A stretch of 64,000 nt of DNA, taken from NCBI GenBank assembly GCA_963844715.1, contig CAWJPJ010000006.1, positions 256,001 through 320,000 of the forward strand, read 5' to 3'. The position numbers were made by a program, and so were the translations under genes. Below are positions 24,188-39,172 of the stretch, piece by piece (position 1 is the first letter of the stretch; each line of letters starts with the position of its first letter). This stretch comes from an uncultured Phycisphaerales bacterium. Lineage in GTDB: Bacteria > Planctomycetota > Phycisphaerae > Tepidisphaerales > Tepidisphaeraceae. Under the pieces are notes generated by a model. The model was not told the DNA's origin. It worked only from the letters and a program-made list of their open reading frames with translations, and made no database searches.

Positions 24188-24574
24188 ATGGAAATCACAC
24201 GATATTACGCAAATTTGTGTGCAACTCTGGACGCCAAAGCGCCGCCCGAGCCGCACATGATCTTCAGCGATTGGACCCTCTTCGGCATGTTCGCCGTGGG
24301 ACTGATCCTCTTCTGCTACCCCCACGAAAACCATCGACGCGATGTGGCGCTGGTCGGCGCGATCGGCGGGTTGATGGCGGCGGTCTATGCGGTCGCGACC
24401 CCCGCCTGGCCCATGTCCGGCGTGGCCGTCGTCTGGGCCGTCGCGTCATTCTTTCGTTGGCGAAAACAAGTTGCCCGACACGCATTCACCGGCTCTAAAC
24501 GCAAACGCGGATCAATCGCCGGAGGTGTCGATGGTGAATCCCGCTTCGGCCGAACGTTTGGTCCGTTGAATTAG
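24188..24574 (+). CDS. Small membrane protein between kdpA and kdpB
   Basis: Three hydrophobic segments [32 protein letters not shown]; start may be 24257. Confidence 0.55.
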   Translation: MEITRYYANLCATLDAKAPPEPHMIFSDWTLFGMFAVGLILFCYPHENHRRDVALVGAIGGLMAAVYAVATPAWPMSGVAVVWAVASFFRWRKQVARHAFTGSKRKRGSIAGGVDGESRFGRTFGPLN

Positions 24575-24582
24575 AGGAAAAT

Positions 24583-26658
<2,076 letters not shown>

Positions 26659-26675
26659 TTGTCTGGAGCAATCCA

Positions 26676-27332
26676 ATGAACCCCCAACCCCCTGTTCAAC
26701 GAAGTGCCATCGCGGAGATTCTGGTCCAGACCTGGATCAGCATCGTCGCAACCATCGCGACCGCCATTCTGTGCTGCGGCGTTTATCCCCTGATCGTCTG
26801 GGGCCTGGGCCAGACCATCTTTCCAAAACAGGCCAACGGCTCGCTCGTCACCAATAGCGCCGGAACCGTCGTCGGCTCAAGACTGATCGGGCAAACTTTC
26901 ACGCTCCCGAAATATTTCCACCCGCGCCCCTCCGCCGCGGGAAATGGCTACGACCCCACGCAAACCGGCGGCACGAACCTGGGCCCCACCAGCGACAAGC
27001 TCTTCAACGGCGTCCACAACCAGTCCAACCCGGCCAATAATTTTGACGGCGTCGTCGATCTCGTCAAAGCCTATCGCGCCGAAAATAATCTCGCCGCCGA
27101 CGCCCCCGTTCCCGCGGATGCTGTGACGCGGTCCGCAAGCGGTTGCGACCCTCACATTTCCCTCGCCAATGCCCTGCTACAGGCTCCGCGCGTCGCCAAG
27201 GCCAGGAATCTGCTCCTCGATCAAGTCAAAACCGTCATCGACCAGAACACCGAAGGCCCCGATTTAGGCTTCCTGGGCGAGAAAGGCGTCAATGTTTTGA
27301 CTTTGAATCTCGCTTTGGACGAAATGAAGTAG
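26676..27332 (+). CDS. kdpC: K+-transporting ATPase subunit C
   Basis: YPLIVWG, ANGSL, GSRLIGQ, YFHPRPSAAG, SASGCDPHIS, VNVLTLNLALD. Confidence 0.96.
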   Translation: MNPQPPVQRSAIAEILVQTWISIVATIATAILCCGVYPLIVWGLGQTIFPKQANGSLVTNSAGTVVGSRLIGQTFTLPKYFHPRPSAAGNGYDPTQTGGTNLGPTSDKLFNGVHNQSNPANNFDGVVDLVKAYRAENNLAADAPVPADAVTRSASGCDPHISLANALLQAPRVAKARNLLLDQVKTVIDQNTEGPDLGFLGEKGVNVLTLNLALDEMK

Positions 27333-27351
27333 GAGGTTGCGAGCCAATTCA

Positions 27352-29040
27352 ATGGCCGACGATCGCGCAACAACCTTTCTTCAGATGATCCGCAAGTCGC
27401 AGCGCGGGCGTCTGAAAATCTATCTCGGCTATGGACCAGGCGTCGGCAAGACATTCCAGATGCTCCAGGAGGGGCACCGGCTCAAAGCCGACGGCATCGA
27501 CGTCGTCGTCGGCTATGTCGAAACCCACGGCCGCGCCGAAACCCAAAAGCTCGTCGAGGGCCTCGAGGTCGTCCCGCGCCGCAAGATGGAATATCGCGGG
27601 ATCACCATCGACGAAATGGATATCGACGCCATCCTGGCTCGCAAGCCGCAGGTGGTGCTCGTCGATGAATTGGCGCATACGAACGCCCCCGACAGCCGCA
27701 ACCCCAAGCGCTATCAGGATGTCCAGGAACTGCTCGCCGCCGGAATCCACGTCATCTCGACGCTTAACGTTCAGCATCTGGAAAGCCTTTACAACACGGT
27801 CGAGAAGCTGCTCGGCGTAAAAGTCCGCGAGCGCTTGCCCGACGCCGTGCTGGCCGAGGCGGATCAGGTCGTGAATATCGACCTCGCCGCCGAGGATTTG
27901 CAGCGCCGTCTCCGTGAGGGAAAAGTTTATCCCATGGATCGCGCCAAGTCCGCCCTGGAAAACTTCTTCACCAATTCCAATCTCGAGCATCTGCGCGAAT
28001 TGACGCTCCGTGAGGTCGCGTCGCAGTTAGACTTCCGCCGCCGCGAAAAGAAAGCCGCGGGCCAGGAAGCGGCAGCGGGGTCCGATCAAATCATGGTCTG
28101 CCTTTCGTCCGGCGGACCGAACAGCGCCAAGCTGTTGCGTTATGGCTCGCGACTCGCCGGGCGACTCAATCGCAACTGGTACGCCGTCTATGTGCAGACC
28201 CCCAGCGAGGAGCCGACCGTCATCGATGCCCGCATCCAGCGCCTCCTCGCCGACACGCTGACTTTGGCCAATCAACTCGGCGCCACCGTCTTTACGTTCA
28301 AAGGCCACGACGTGGCGGACACGATTCTGCGTTTCGCGCGCGAATATCGCGTCGGAAACATACTCATCGGCCGCCCCGGCCCCCAAACCTTGTGGAAGCG
28401 GATTCTCAATAAGCGCAGCATTGCTGAGGAATTGATCCGGCGCGGCAGCGGCGTGAACGTGATCGTCGTGGACGTGGCCACCGAATCGCTTCCTGAATCC
28501 GAAACAAAAGAAGACATGGGCCCGCCGCAGCATTCTCCCGCCGCCGTTGCCGCCGCCAAGGCCGCCGGCGCTGGAAAAAACGGCAAGACCATCGGCAGTC
28601 AGCTCTCCCCCGATCGCATCCTCATCTGGGAGGACCCCGTAACCAAGGACGACGTCTTCAAGCGCATCTCCATGGCCTTCACGGGCGGCGAGATGACCGC
28701 CGCCGATCGCATCGCCGCCAAACTCAGCGAACGCGAGCGCATCGGCTCCACATTCCTCAACGAAGGCGTCGCCCTCCCGCACGCGCGTATCGAGGATGTA
28801 AAAGAGCCGAAAATCGTCATGGGCGTCACTCACGGCGGCGTGCTCGACGCGCCCACCAAGGAACCCATCGAGGTCGTCTTCGCCCTTCTTTCCCCCACCA
28901 ACGGCGCAACTTCCCACCTCCAGGTTCTCGCCAAAGCGGGCCGCCTTTTCCAGGACCGCGAACTCCGCCGAAGACTCGCCAAAGCCAAAACCCCCCAGGA
29001 TGTCCTGGCGGAACTGGACGCCGCCGAATCTAATGCTTAA
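27352..29040 (+). CDS. KdpD N-terminal sensor + Usp domain fused to a PTS EIIA-like domain (no kinase)
   Basis: GRLKIYLGYGPGVGKT, LVDELAHTN, NVQHLESL; Usp LLRYGSRLA..W.AVYV; EIIA ERERIGSTFLNEGVALPHAR..HLQVLA. Confidence 0.88.
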   Translation: MADDRATTFLQMIRKSQRGRLKIYLGYGPGVGKTFQMLQEGHRLKADGIDVVVGYVETHGRAETQKLVEGLEVVPRRKMEYRGITIDEMDIDAILARKPQVVLVDELAHTNAPDSRNPKRYQDVQELLAAGIHVISTLNVQHLESLYNTVEKLLGVKVRERLPDAVLAEADQVVNIDLAAEDLQRRLREGKVYPMDRAKSALENFFTNSNLEHLRELTLREVASQLDFRRREKKAAGQEAAAGSDQIMVCLSSGGPNSAKLLRYGSRLAGRLNRNWYAVYVQTPSEEPTVIDARIQRLLADTLTLANQLGATVFTFKGHDVADTILRFAREYRVGNILIGRPGPQTLWKRILNKRSIAEELIRRGSGVNVIVVDVATESLPESETKEDMGPPQHSPAAVAAAKAAGAGKNGKTIGSQLSPDRILIWEDPVTKDDVFKRISMAFTGGEMTAADRIAAKLSERERIGSTFLNEGVALPHARIEDVKEPKIVMGVTHGGVLDAPTKEPIEVVFALLSPTNGATSHLQVLAKAGRLFQDRELRRRLAKAKTPQDVLAELDAAESNA

Positions 29041-29271
29041 ATGCAACGCGGAGACACAGAGACGCAGAGTTGAAAACCGGCCGCGGCGGGACAACCGCAG
29101 AGAAGTTCGCTTTGCATTTGTTTTTATCCGCGCCCATCCGCGAAATCCGCGGTTAAATTCTTTTTTACCGCGGATTTCGCGGATGGGCGCGGATGAATTC
29201 GAGATCAGTGTTGTGAGTTCATTTGTTTTCTCCGCGTCTTCCTCTGCGTCTCGGCGTCTCTGCGGTTGCAT
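29041..29271. repeat. Nested palindromic repeats (9-bp-periodic families)
   Basis: Outer arms 29041-29069 and 29242-29271; inner perfect 28-bp inverted repeat 29126-29153 / 29167-29194. Confidence 0.85.
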
Positions 29272-29283
29272 TTGAGTTTTATC

Positions 29284-30525
29284 ATGCACAACCATCAGCC
29301 GATTTTGGATTGGATCGCCGGCGAGCAGGATCGCATGTTGAGCGAACTGATCGATTGGTGCAACATCAACACCGGCACCGGGAACGTCGCGGGAACGGAC
29401 TCGCTTTTGGAGCGCGTTCTCGACTATGCCGGACCGCTGGGCGAGACGTTCGATTATTTGGAACCGTCGCCCGCAAAGAAAGTGGATCGAACCGGAAACC
29501 TGATCGAGATTCAATTGGGCCGGGTTCTATCCCTGGTAAAGCACCGCGAAGGAACGCGCCGGGTATTGCTCTGCATTCACTCCGACACGGTCTATCCGCC
29601 CGATCATCCATTCCAAAAGGCGGCGATCTCTTCCGATGGAACCCTTCGTGGTCCCGGCGCGGCCGATGCCAAGGGCGGCCTGATCGTCATGCTCACCGCC
29701 CTCCAGGCCTTCGAGCGAAGTCCATTCGCCCAAAACATCTCGTGGCAAGTCCTGATCAATTCCGACGAAGAGATCGGCTCCCCCTCCTCCGCGTCCGCTT
29801 TGGAAGTACTGGCCAAACAAAATGACATCGGCCTGCTCTTCGAACCCGCCCTCAGCGACGGCGGCCTCGCCGACCGCCGCAAAGGCTCCGGTAACTTCAC
29901 CATTGTCGTTCGCGGCAGAAGCGCCCACGCCGGCAGAGATTTCGACGCCGGCAGAAACGCCGTCCTCGCCGCCGCCGAATTGATCGTCGGTTTGCACGAT
30001 CTGAACAAGTCCATCCCCGGCGTCATCGTAAACGTCGGCGCAATCGAAGGCGGCAACTCCCCCAACGTCGTCCCCGACTTGGCGATCTGCCGCGTCAACG
30101 TCCGAACCAGCGAACCCGACGATGAAGGCCGATTGACCGCCGCCATGAACCGCCTCATCGAACAAACCAATCAGCGCGATGGAATCGAAGCGAAGTTAAT
30201 GGGCGCATTTCACTCCCCGCCAAAAATTCCCACCGCCGCCGGGACGGCTTTGTTGAAAGCCACGGTCTGGTGCGGAAAGGAACTGGGCTTGAATCTAACC
30301 ACGCCGCCGGTAGGCGGCTCATGCGATGGCAACCGCCTCGCTGCTGCGGGTCTCCCCAACGTCGACACCCTGGGCGTCCGAGGCGGCAAAACCCACAGCC
30401 CCGAAGAATTCATGGTGCCCAGGAGTTTGACGGAACGAGCGCAGTTGACCGCGCTACTCTTGATGAAACTGGCGGCGGGAGAAATCCCCTGGCCCGCGGA
30501 AACCCGAAACCAGAAACCAGAATGA
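29284..30525 (+). CDS. M20-family metallo-hydrolase upstream of the ast genes
   Basis: IHSDTVY, GPGAADAKGG, SDEEIGS, GRSAHAG, GGSCDGN, HSPEE. Confidence 0.88.
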   Translation: MHNHQPILDWIAGEQDRMLSELIDWCNINTGTGNVAGTDSLLERVLDYAGPLGETFDYLEPSPAKKVDRTGNLIEIQLGRVLSLVKHREGTRRVLLCIHSDTVYPPDHPFQKAAISSDGTLRGPGAADAKGGLIVMLTALQAFERSPFAQNISWQVLINSDEEIGSPSSASALEVLAKQNDIGLLFEPALSDGGLADRRKGSGNFTIVVRGRSAHAGRDFDAGRNAVLAAAELIVGLHDLNKSIPGVIVNVGAIEGGNSPNVVPDLAICRVNVRTSEPDDEGRLTAAMNRLIEQTNQRDGIEAKLMGAFHSPPKIPTAAGTALLKATVWCGKELGLNLTTPPVGGSCDGNRLAAAGLPNVDTLGVRGGKTHSPEEFMVPRSLTERAQLTALLLMKLAAGEIPWPAETRNQKPE

Positions 30526-30622
30526 CGAATCAAGCCCGAATGCCCGAATGGACGAACGGTCCTTTCGCTCATTCGGTCATTCGGGTTTGATTCTGGTTTC
30601 TGATTTCGGGTTTCTGGTTTCC
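30499..30622. repeat. Heptamer-periodic palindromic element (AACCCGA/AACCAGA .. GAATGACGAAT)
   Basis: gaaacccgaaaccagaaaccagaatgacgaatcaagcccgaatg ... cattcgggtttgattctggtttctgatttcgggtttctggtttcc. Confidence 0.8.
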
Positions 30623-30664
30623 CACCCATATGCCTGTTCGCGAGAAAGGCCTTAGAATAGGTCC

Positions 30665-33116
<2,452 letters not shown>

Positions 33117-33125
33117 AGGCAATTA

Positions 33126-33214
33126 ACCGCGGATAACGCGGATGGGCGCGGATAAAATCCAATACCGGATATGACCTTTTTTGTTTTATCCGTGCCATCC
33201 GTGAAATCCGCGGT
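33126..33214. repeat. 9-bp-periodic palindromic repeat (CGCGGAT family)
   Basis: accgcggataacgcggatgggcgcggataaaa ... ttttatccgtgccatccgtgaaatccgcggt. Confidence 0.8.
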
Positions 33215-33338
33215 CCAATCGCTCTGCTTAATCTTCTTCGTGATCGAAGTTTACCCGCCGCGGCGGGGGCCCTTCGCCGTTATATTTCGGTTACGAAGAA
33301 TATCCGGTAATCTGTCTCGGCAGCTGGAGAACTGATCG

Positions 33339-33911
33339 ATGTCCACGCTCTCAGAAATTCTCGATCACAACGCTCAATTCCTGGAGCGCAAGGAATACGA
33401 ACCCTTCCGTACCGACGGCTTTCCCGACAAAAAGCTCGTCGTCCTCACCTGCATGGACGTGCGCCTCGTCGAACTCCTCCCGCGTGCCATGAACCTCCGC
33501 AATGGGGACGCCAACGTCATCAAAAACGCCGGCGCCATCGTCTCCCATCCCTTTGGCAGCGTGATGCGAAGCGTGCTGGTGGCCGTCTATGAACTAAGAG
33601 CCGCGGAAGTCGCCGTCGTCGGCCATTACGGCTGCGGCATGACGGGCCTGAGCTGCGGCCGAGTGCTCGAAAAAGCCGTCCACCGTGGCGTCTCACCCGA
33701 AATGATCGAGACCCTCGCCCATTGCGGCATCGATCTCCAAAACTGGATGACCGGCTTCAAATCCCCCGAAGACGGCGTCCGCCAATCCGTCGACGTGATC
33801 CGAAAACATCCCCTTTTGCCCAAAGACGTCCCCGTCCACGGCCTGATGATCTGCCCCGACACCGGCAGACTCGATTTGCTAAGCGATGGGTACGACGCGG
33901 GCGCGAGATAG
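33339..33911 (+). CDS. Beta-class carbonic anhydrase
   Basis: CMDVRL, KNAGA, GHYGCG zinc ligands. Confidence 0.92.
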   Translation: MSTLSEILDHNAQFLERKEYEPFRTDGFPDKKLVVLTCMDVRLVELLPRAMNLRNGDANVIKNAGAIVSHPFGSVMRSVLVAVYELRAAEVAVVGHYGCGMTGLSCGRVLEKAVHRGVSPEMIETLAHCGIDLQNWMTGFKSPEDGVRQSVDVIRKHPLLPKDVPVHGLMICPDTGRLDLLSDGYDAGAR

Positions 33912-34002
33912 TTGAGCAGTAGACCAGTTGAGCAGTAGACGGGGATGGATTTGCATTGAAAGGGGCTGGCGCGGGACAATTGCAACTCGACGGGAGGATT
34001 AA

Positions 34003-34470
34003 ATGTCACAGCCGCCGCCATTGGGAAATCCATTGGGTCCAGGCCAAGGCTCAACCCCGCCGTTGCCCCCACCTGTTCCGTTGGGCTATGCCCCGCCGCC
34101 CGTGCAGGAAGGGCCCGATATTCGCAAAGTGGCTGCGATGCAGCGCACCATCATGTATTGCATCCTGTCGGAAATATTGATCGTGATCGGCCGGGTCACA
34201 TTCGCGACAAATGGCAACGTGACCGGCCTGCTGCTCCTCGGATTGGTCTACATCGTGGTAGGGATAATCGCCGCGGTATGCATCTTCATCCTCGCCCTCT
34301 CCCTCTACAACACGGCCCTGGGAATTGTCCTGGGAATTCTCACCCTGATTCCCGTAGTCGGCTTGATCGTCCTGCTCGTCGTTAATAGCAAGGCAACCAC
34401 CGTCCTGAGACAAAACGGCCTGAAGGTGGGCCTCATGGGCGCCAAGCTCCCGCCACTGCCTAAAGCGTAA
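34003..34470 (+). CDS. Hypothetical membrane protein
   Basis: Pro-rich N-terminus, TM segments, NSKATTVLRQNGLKVGLMGA. Confidence 0.7.
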   Translation: MSQPPPLGNPLGPGQGSTPPLPPPVPLGYAPPPVQEGPDIRKVAAMQRTIMYCILSEILIVIGRVTFATNGNVTGLLLLGLVYIVVGIIAAVCIFILALSLYNTALGIVLGILTLIPVVGLIVLLVVNSKATTVLRQNGLKVGLMGAKLPPLPKA

Positions 34471-34480
34471 GGGGGATTTC

Positions 34481-35615
34481 GTGGCGGAGCACGCGGGCGG
34501 AGAGCCTCTTCGGGTTGAGCCTCTGGCATATACGAGAGGCGAGCTGAACCGCCGCCCGGGACTGGTGACCACCGTGGCGGTGATCAGTCTTTGTTATTGC
34601 ATTCCGAATTTCCTGATGAACTCTGGGCTGGCGTTGGACGGGCTGAGCATGATCCGAGCGAATCGCGCCGAATTTGGCGCGATTGACGATCGCTCCGGCA
34701 AGGGCTTTTTCCCCGCAACAGACGGCTCGGGATTGCGCGATGTACGAGCAGATGTACAGGTCGGGAGTAGCCCAAGTAATCGTTTCCGGAATCGACCTCA
34801 TTTTTGCGGGAATGCTCTTGGTCGGGGGAATCGCTCTCCTAAGACAGAAATATATTGGCGTGCGCGTGCACCGAGTTTATGTGGTTGCGAAACTGCTCGT
34901 TGGTTTGGTCGTCGGTACCGGACTTCTCTCGTACCTATTCAATACCCACCGGTGGAACGATGAAACTTCGATGGATCTAATGGGATGCGCGTATCCCGTC
35001 ATGCTGGCCGTGCTGATGGGTGGAAACACATTCCGCCGCAATCAACCTGTGTGGGGCGGGTTCGGTTCCTCGGCGGCGCGTCCGCGCCGGTTTACCGCGA
35101 TCGGGATCATTAGCATATCCGTCGGCGGGCTCTCCCTGTTGGCCTCGATGCTACTGATCATTACCGCCGCGGCGGATATTCGGCAAACAATCACCGTGCG
35201 AAACAATGAGTTGCAGCAGAGGCAGGTGTCCACCCAATCGAGCTACGTTTATCCGTGGAACCCGGCCGAGAGGGATCAAGAATATGCTCGCGAAATCAGA
35301 AACCTGGTCATTGTCACAGCGGCCTTCGGCCTCGATCTGCTGACGGCCATTTTGCTCTTGCTGGGGGGCAGACGTTTACTCGAGGCCGATCCCCTTGGCC
35401 TGCGAACGCATGGGATATACGTCATCGCAAAGCTGAGCGCGGTCTTCCTGTGTGCGATTAGCCTGTCCGGGCTTTTCTCATCGTTTCGATTTGCCCTCGG
35501 CTCGGAGCAACTCGCTCTGATTATCATTCCCCTTTCGGCGCTCTATCCCATCGTCCTGATATTCATCCTCTGCGAAAAACCGTTTCAAGTTCGACGCGTC
35601 GAGGCCGCAAATTAA
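34481..35615 (+). CDS. Hypothetical membrane protein with an internal duplication (frameshift near 34670)
   Basis: Two similar modules (GGIALLR..VHRVYVVAKL / GGRRLLE..THGIYVIAKL). Confidence 0.6.
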
Positions 35616-35713
35616 AACGAGAAACCCAAACGCCCCAACGAATCGCTACCTCCGCGATTCATTCGACATTCAGTCATTCGGGTTTGATTCTAGTTTCGGG
35701 TTTCTAGTTTTCC
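35615..35713. repeat. Heptamer-periodic palindromic element
   Basis: aaacgagaaacccaaac ... cattcgggtttgattctagtttcgggtttctagttttcc between convergent genes. Confidence 0.7.
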
Positions 35714-35714
35714 C

Positions 35715-36097
35715 TCACATCCCCATAGAGTAGAAAAATTCCTCATGCACAACCTTGCCGTCTTTGACCGTGTAAAGCGCCATCTCATCGATGGTCATTC
35801 GCTTTCCCGCCGTCGGTCCTGAGCTTGGCGTGACGTCCAGCGTAAACCGCACGATAAACCGATCCCCATGCGGCCACGGCCCCTCGACTTTTCCCCCGTG
35901 GATCGTATGGCTCTTTTCAAACCATTCCGTCTTTTTGCGCATCGCGTCGATCCCTTCCTGCGCCGCGGCATGTTCGGCCCGCCGTGCGGCTCGATGCTGA
36001 CGATATTGGGGGCATACGTCGCATTGATCGCATCCATGTATTTCCCCTGTTTGCACAATTCAACCAGCTTCTTCCCCACTTCCATCGTGCTGCTCAT
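35715..36097 (-). CDS. SnoaL/NTF2-like protein (frameshift near 35960)
   Basis: MSSTMEVGKKLVELCKQGK..Y..NIVSIE..EMALYTVKDGKVVHEEFFY. Confidence 0.8.
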
Positions 36098-36206
36098 GGT
36101 TCGCTCCTTTGAAAATGTAGTGCAAGAGCATAGTCCGCCCTCCTGCCGATCTTCCATTGTTATTTTTTCAGTTTCGGTTGATGAATATTGAACAAACCCA
36201 TTTAAG

Positions 36207-36944
36207 ATGGAGCACTCGATGCAATTGGAGCCCGGTAAATCTTGGGCAAGCGTGGGCTTGGGCGACCCCTATTGCGCCGCCTGCGGCTACTCCCTCAAGG
36301 GACTCGAAAACTCCGCCCGCTGCCCCGAATGCGGCCGCGCAATCGTCGAAGTCCTCATGCGCAAGGAATTCCCCCGTCCGCGCGGAAAACGCTATCGCTC
36401 CAAAGCCACACTCTTCGGCTGGCCCGTCGTCTCTATCGCTGTCGGCCCTCACGAAAATGAAGTCCGCGGCCACGCCCGCGGAATCATTGCCATCGGCGAT
36501 ATCGCCACCGGCGGCATTGCAATCGGCGGAGTCGCCGTGGGGATTGTCTGCGTAGGCGGAATGGCCCTGGGCGCGTTCACCTTTGGCGGATTCTCCCTTG
36601 CTCTGCTCTCCGCCATGGGCGGCTTCGCCGGCTCGCTCGGCATCGCCTATGGCGGGTTTGCCGTGGGAACCATCGCTTCGGGCGGCTTCGCGATCGGCTA
36701 CATCGCGCAAGCCGGATTTGCGCTGGGCCATTTTGTTCGAGACGCCAGAACCTCTCGCCATGCCGTCCCTCCGATTTTCCATACCTTGAGATGGCTCCTC
36801 GGCAATCCCCGCGGCAATCCAGGCGATCAGCTGATCACGATTCTCATGGGCCTCGTTCCGCACATCGTGGCCGCGGCCATCATCGGCCTGGCCGCCCTGG
36901 TCGCTTCGATGCGTACCGATGATGATGAAAACAAGGTAACATAG
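36207..36944 (+). CDS. Zinc-ribbon + Gly-rich membrane protein
   Basis: CAACGYSLKGL....CPECG; ARGIIAIGDIATGGIAIGGVAVG repeats. Confidence 0.7.
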   Translation: MEHSMQLEPGKSWASVGLGDPYCAACGYSLKGLENSARCPECGRAIVEVLMRKEFPRPRGKRYRSKATLFGWPVVSIAVGPHENEVRGHARGIIAIGDIATGGIAIGGVAVGIVCVGGMALGAFTFGGFSLALLSAMGGFAGSLGIAYGGFAVGTIASGGFAIGYIAQAGFALGHFVRDARTSRHAVPPIFHTLRWLLGNPRGNPGDQLITILMGLVPHIVAAAIIGLAALVASMRTDDDENKVT

Positions 36945-36949
36945 CGAGC

Positions 36950-37552
36950 ATGGATATTGTGGTTGCCATCACCGGAGCCAGTGGTGCTCTCTACGCCCAG
37001 CGGCTGATCCAAGTCCTCGTCGCCGCCGGCGTAAACGTCCATCTCGTCGTCTCGCCGCTCGGAAAAAGATTGCTTCATGATGAACTCGGCGTGGAGACGA
37101 TCGACCTGGCGGCTCTCGCCGGAACTCAAGCCCACACGATCACGCATTACAACTACAACGACGTCGGCGCAAAAATCGCCAGCGGCAGCTTCCTCCATCA
37201 AGGCATGGTCATCGTCCCTTGTAGCAGCAACACCCTCGCCACCGTCGCCCACGGGCTCGGCGATAACTTAATCGCCCGCGCCGCCGCCGTTACACTCAAG
37301 GAACGCCGCCGCCTCATTCTCGTTCACCGGGAAATGCCCCTCTCTCCGATCGACGTGAACAATTACAAAATCCTCAGCGACGCCGGCGTCATCCTCGCCC
37401 CCGCGAACCCCGGCTTATATCTCAATCCAACTTCAGTTGCCGAGATCATCGACTTCGTAGCCGGAAAATTGATGGACCTCCTCGGCGTATCGCACGCGCT
37501 CGACACCCGCTGGGACCCCAAAGCACTCCGACCTCCGGGTAAACTATCGTGA
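36950..37552 (+). CDS. ubiX: Flavin prenyltransferase UbiX
   Basis: VVAITGASGALY, IASGSF, PCSSNTL, RAAAVTLKERR, REMP. Confidence 0.93.
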   Translation: MDIVVAITGASGALYAQRLIQVLVAAGVNVHLVVSPLGKRLLHDELGVETIDLAALAGTQAHTITHYNYNDVGAKIASGSFLHQGMVIVPCSSNTLATVAHGLGDNLIARAAAVTLKERRRLILVHREMPLSPIDVNNYKILSDAGVILAPANPGLYLNPTSVAEIIDFVAGKLMDLLGVSHALDTRWDPKALRPPGKLS

Positions 37553-38458
37553 CCGACGTGCCTGTCGATCTTCCAGTCTCGCCGTGTAATCGCCTGGCCA
37601 TCTTCGCGGCCGATATCAAAATCCATCACACCGTCTTCGCGCTCCCCTGGGCCTTATTCGAGCGCCGTCCTTGCCGGACATCGCAGCTCCCTCACGTGGG
37701 GCAAAATCGGCCTCGTATTGATCTGCATGGTGACCGCCCGCACGGTCGCGATGGGCGCGAATCGTCTCTTCGACGCCGCCCTCGACGCCAAAAATCCCCG
37801 CACGGCCCGGCGTGCCATCCCATCCGGAAAATTGTCGCGACGGTACGTCACCGGAATCGTGATCGTCTGCTGTGTCGGATTCATTCTCGGCGCAGGCGGC
37901 TTCTGGCTCTTCTACGGAAACCTTTGGCCCCTTGCTCTGAGCCTGCCGGTCCTCGCGTTTCTCGGTGCCTATCCGTTCCTGAAGCGCTTTACGGAATTGT
38001 GTCACTATTACCTCGGCGCGGCCCTCGCCCTCGCGCCAGTGTGCGCCTGGGTAGCCGTCTGCGGAAAACTGGATTGGCCGCCGGTCATCATGTTCGTGGC
38101 GGTTCTCACGTGGACGGCCGGGTTCGACATCCTCTACGCCTGCCAGGACTACGCCAGCGATCTGGAATTAGGCGTTCATTCCGTCCCCGCGAAATTGGGA
38201 ATCCCCCGCGCCCTCTGGCTCAGCCGCGGTACGCACCTGATTTCCGCCGCCGCAATCGTCTCCCTCAAATTTGTCACCCCCGAGTTCGGCGCCCTCTACG
38301 CCGCCGGCGCCGCGCTGGCCGTCTTGCTCCTTATCATCGAGCAAGCGATGGTCACCCCCACGAATCTCGCCCGCGTCGGCCTGGCATTCTTCGCCATCAA
38401 CGGAATCATCAGCGTACTACTCGGGACGCTGGGGATTATCGATATTATGTGGCGGTAG
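37549..38458 (+). CDS. UbiA-family prenyltransferase (MqnP-like); frameshift near 37655
   Basis: IKIHHTVFALP, NRLFDAALDAKNPRT..R.IPSG, GFDILYACQD. Confidence 0.88.
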
Positions 38459-38539
38459 GGTAATTTGGCGGCTTTGGGCAATTTTGGGCGATAAGTAACG
38501 GATGTTGTCAATGTTGGTGTAGATGTTACTATACTTACC

Positions 38540-39124
38540 ATGGAAGTTGTTCCAGCCGGGGTGTCTATGACCGGTTTTTCGTCTTTAGATGAATCGCCCC
38601 CCCAGTTCATTCCAAGCGTCGAATTTGCCCATGCATTATTGCAGATGGAATTGCCATTTGCTGAGCCGCGAGAGTATTTCGGCGAACATGCGAACGAAGG
38701 CAACGCTGGAGCGGGTGTGGCGTATGACGTGGGGACGATCCTCGATCCCGATACGGCCGCGGCCGTCGGCGCAAAGCGCTTGGATATTGGGATTCGGGTA
38801 GAACGCACGTTAGCCGCAATTGCGATGCGTGCCGCAATGTACAATGCGCGCACAGTAGAGATATCCCGGGGCGGTCGGTTTACCCCTAACATCGCCAGCG
38901 CAATGATTGGGTGCCTGGGGATTTTTTCCGAACGCGCCGGCGGAATACTAAAAAGATTAGAGGAAGAGCTGATCCCATTCGCGAAAACTCGAAATATTAG
39001 AGGCCCCTGGGGCGAACTTGAATGGGGGGAGACCGGGCTTCATATCAAAACCGCTCCGCCCTCAGTGGCCGAGGAAGCCGACCGGCCGCGGGCTCAAGTC
39101 ATATTCGATCCCGGCCAAGAGTAG
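38540..39124 (+). CDS. Hypothetical protein (lower GC)
   Basis: 194-aa ORF; no motif recognised. Confidence 0.55.
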   Translation: MEVVPAGVSMTGFSSLDESPPQFIPSVEFAHALLQMELPFAEPREYFGEHANEGNAGAGVAYDVGTILDPDTAAAVGAKRLDIGIRVERTLAAIAMRAAMYNARTVEISRGGRFTPNIASAMIGCLGIFSERAGGILKRLEEELIPFAKTRNIRGPWGELEWGETGLHIKTAPPSVAEEADRPRAQVIFDPGQE

Positions 39125-39172
39125 CTCAAAGACACTGGCGTGGTCTGATGTTCTGCTGACAGGAGGGCGGCA

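Noticed and set aside
33910..33940. 16-bp tandem duplication agttgagcagtagac (a similar 15-bp one lies at 62561-62592)
   Set aside because: Only two copies each and no supportable function.
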